Source: Pelagibius sp.
Lineage (GTDB): Bacteria > Pseudomonadota > Alphaproteobacteria > Kiloniellales > Kiloniellaceae
Reading direction: 5' to 3'
NCBI RefSeq assembly: GCF_028281305.1
Contig: NZ_JANQKD010000023.1
Coordinates: forward strand, 139,598-203,597
DNA length: 64,000 nt
Shown here: one piece after another, positions 63,586 to 64,000 of the stretch
How the letters are laid out: each line of letters opens with the position of its first letter
How positions within the stretch are numbered: position 1 is the first letter of the stretch
The notes under the pieces: generated by a model
What the model was told of the DNA's origin: nothing
The model's database searches: none
The model's input: the letters and a program-made list of their open reading frames with translations, nothing else
Program-made: the position numbers and the translations under genes

Positions 63586-63651
63586 AGTGGTGCTCCTCTG
63601 TACGCGAGATGGGCGGCGTTCGGCTTCAGGCGCGAGCGTCTCTGGATTTTT

Positions 63652-64000
63652 CTAGGAACCGAGTGGGGGAACTCTCAGAGCCCAAGGTGTGTTCGCCGAG
63701 CCGTTCATCTGTCTGTAGATCGCCAGTGTCTCCAGGATCCGTTGCACATAGTTCCGGGTTTCCGCAAAAGGAATCCGCTCGACCCACAGGATCGGATCAA
63801 CAGAGGGCAAGCGCGGGTCGCCGAACTGGGAAATCCAGCGCTCCGCACGGCTGGGACCGGCATTGTACGCTGCCAAGGCCAAAATGTAGGAGCCGTCGAA
63901 CCGCTCCAGGAGTTCCGCCAGATAGGCACGTCCCAACGCGATGTTGTAGTCGGGATCATCCGTCAGGCGGCCTCTGTCGTAGGAAAGTCCGATGCCACGC
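63652..64000 (-). CDS. Lytic transglycosylase (SLT), C-terminal part
   Basis: LALAAYNAGPSRAERW, WVERIPFAETRNYVQRI; gene starts beyond the window. Confidence 0.92.
   Translation of the reverse strand, partial: RGIGLSYDRGRLTDDPDYNIALGRAYLAELLERFDGSYILALAAYNAGPSRAERWISQFGDPRLPSVDPILWVERIPFAETRNYVQRILETLAIYRQMNGSANTPWALRVPPLGS

Overview
GC-rich alphaproteobacterial chromosome segment (Rhodospirillales-like by gene content; inference). Host backbone at the left (1-16.5 kb): gatA-GNAT-gatB, DUF2336, ChrR-like cupin, two GSTs, DMT transporter, an otsB-GH15-otsA-glk trehalose operon, an isolated phage-like S24 repressor / VRR-NUC-like / HTH module, hspQ, and two TadE-like genes behind a CtrA box. 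Most of the window (about 19-59 kb, possibly from 16.8 kb) is an apparently complete lambda-like, cos-type siphoviral prophage ending just upstream of tRNA-Ser(GCT). It has two tandem paralogous tyrosine integrases, xis, cI/cro/cII with matching operators, a split primase/helicase with iterons, a putative cosQ-cosN, head and tail genes with a -1 frameshift chaperone, and a lysis cassette. Host genes resume at the right (M23 peptidase-bactofilin, Ser/Thr dehydratase, haloacid dehalogenase, SLT). The most notable accessory content is: (i) a low-GC three-gene cassette of small membrane protein + ThsB-like TIR + secreted Cys-rich protein with no canonical ThsA, a candidate non-canonical Thoeris-like defence system; (ii) a gene after the major capsid gene made of two E3-binding (PSBD) domains; (iii) two LapG-like transglutaminase-type cysteine proteases; (iv) an antisense FkbM methyltransferase beside a lectin-like domain fused to the tail hub; (v) a 2-TM protein + GrlR-like pair between the integrases. 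All family calls come from motif recognition by eye. No database searches were run, so novelty is unverified.
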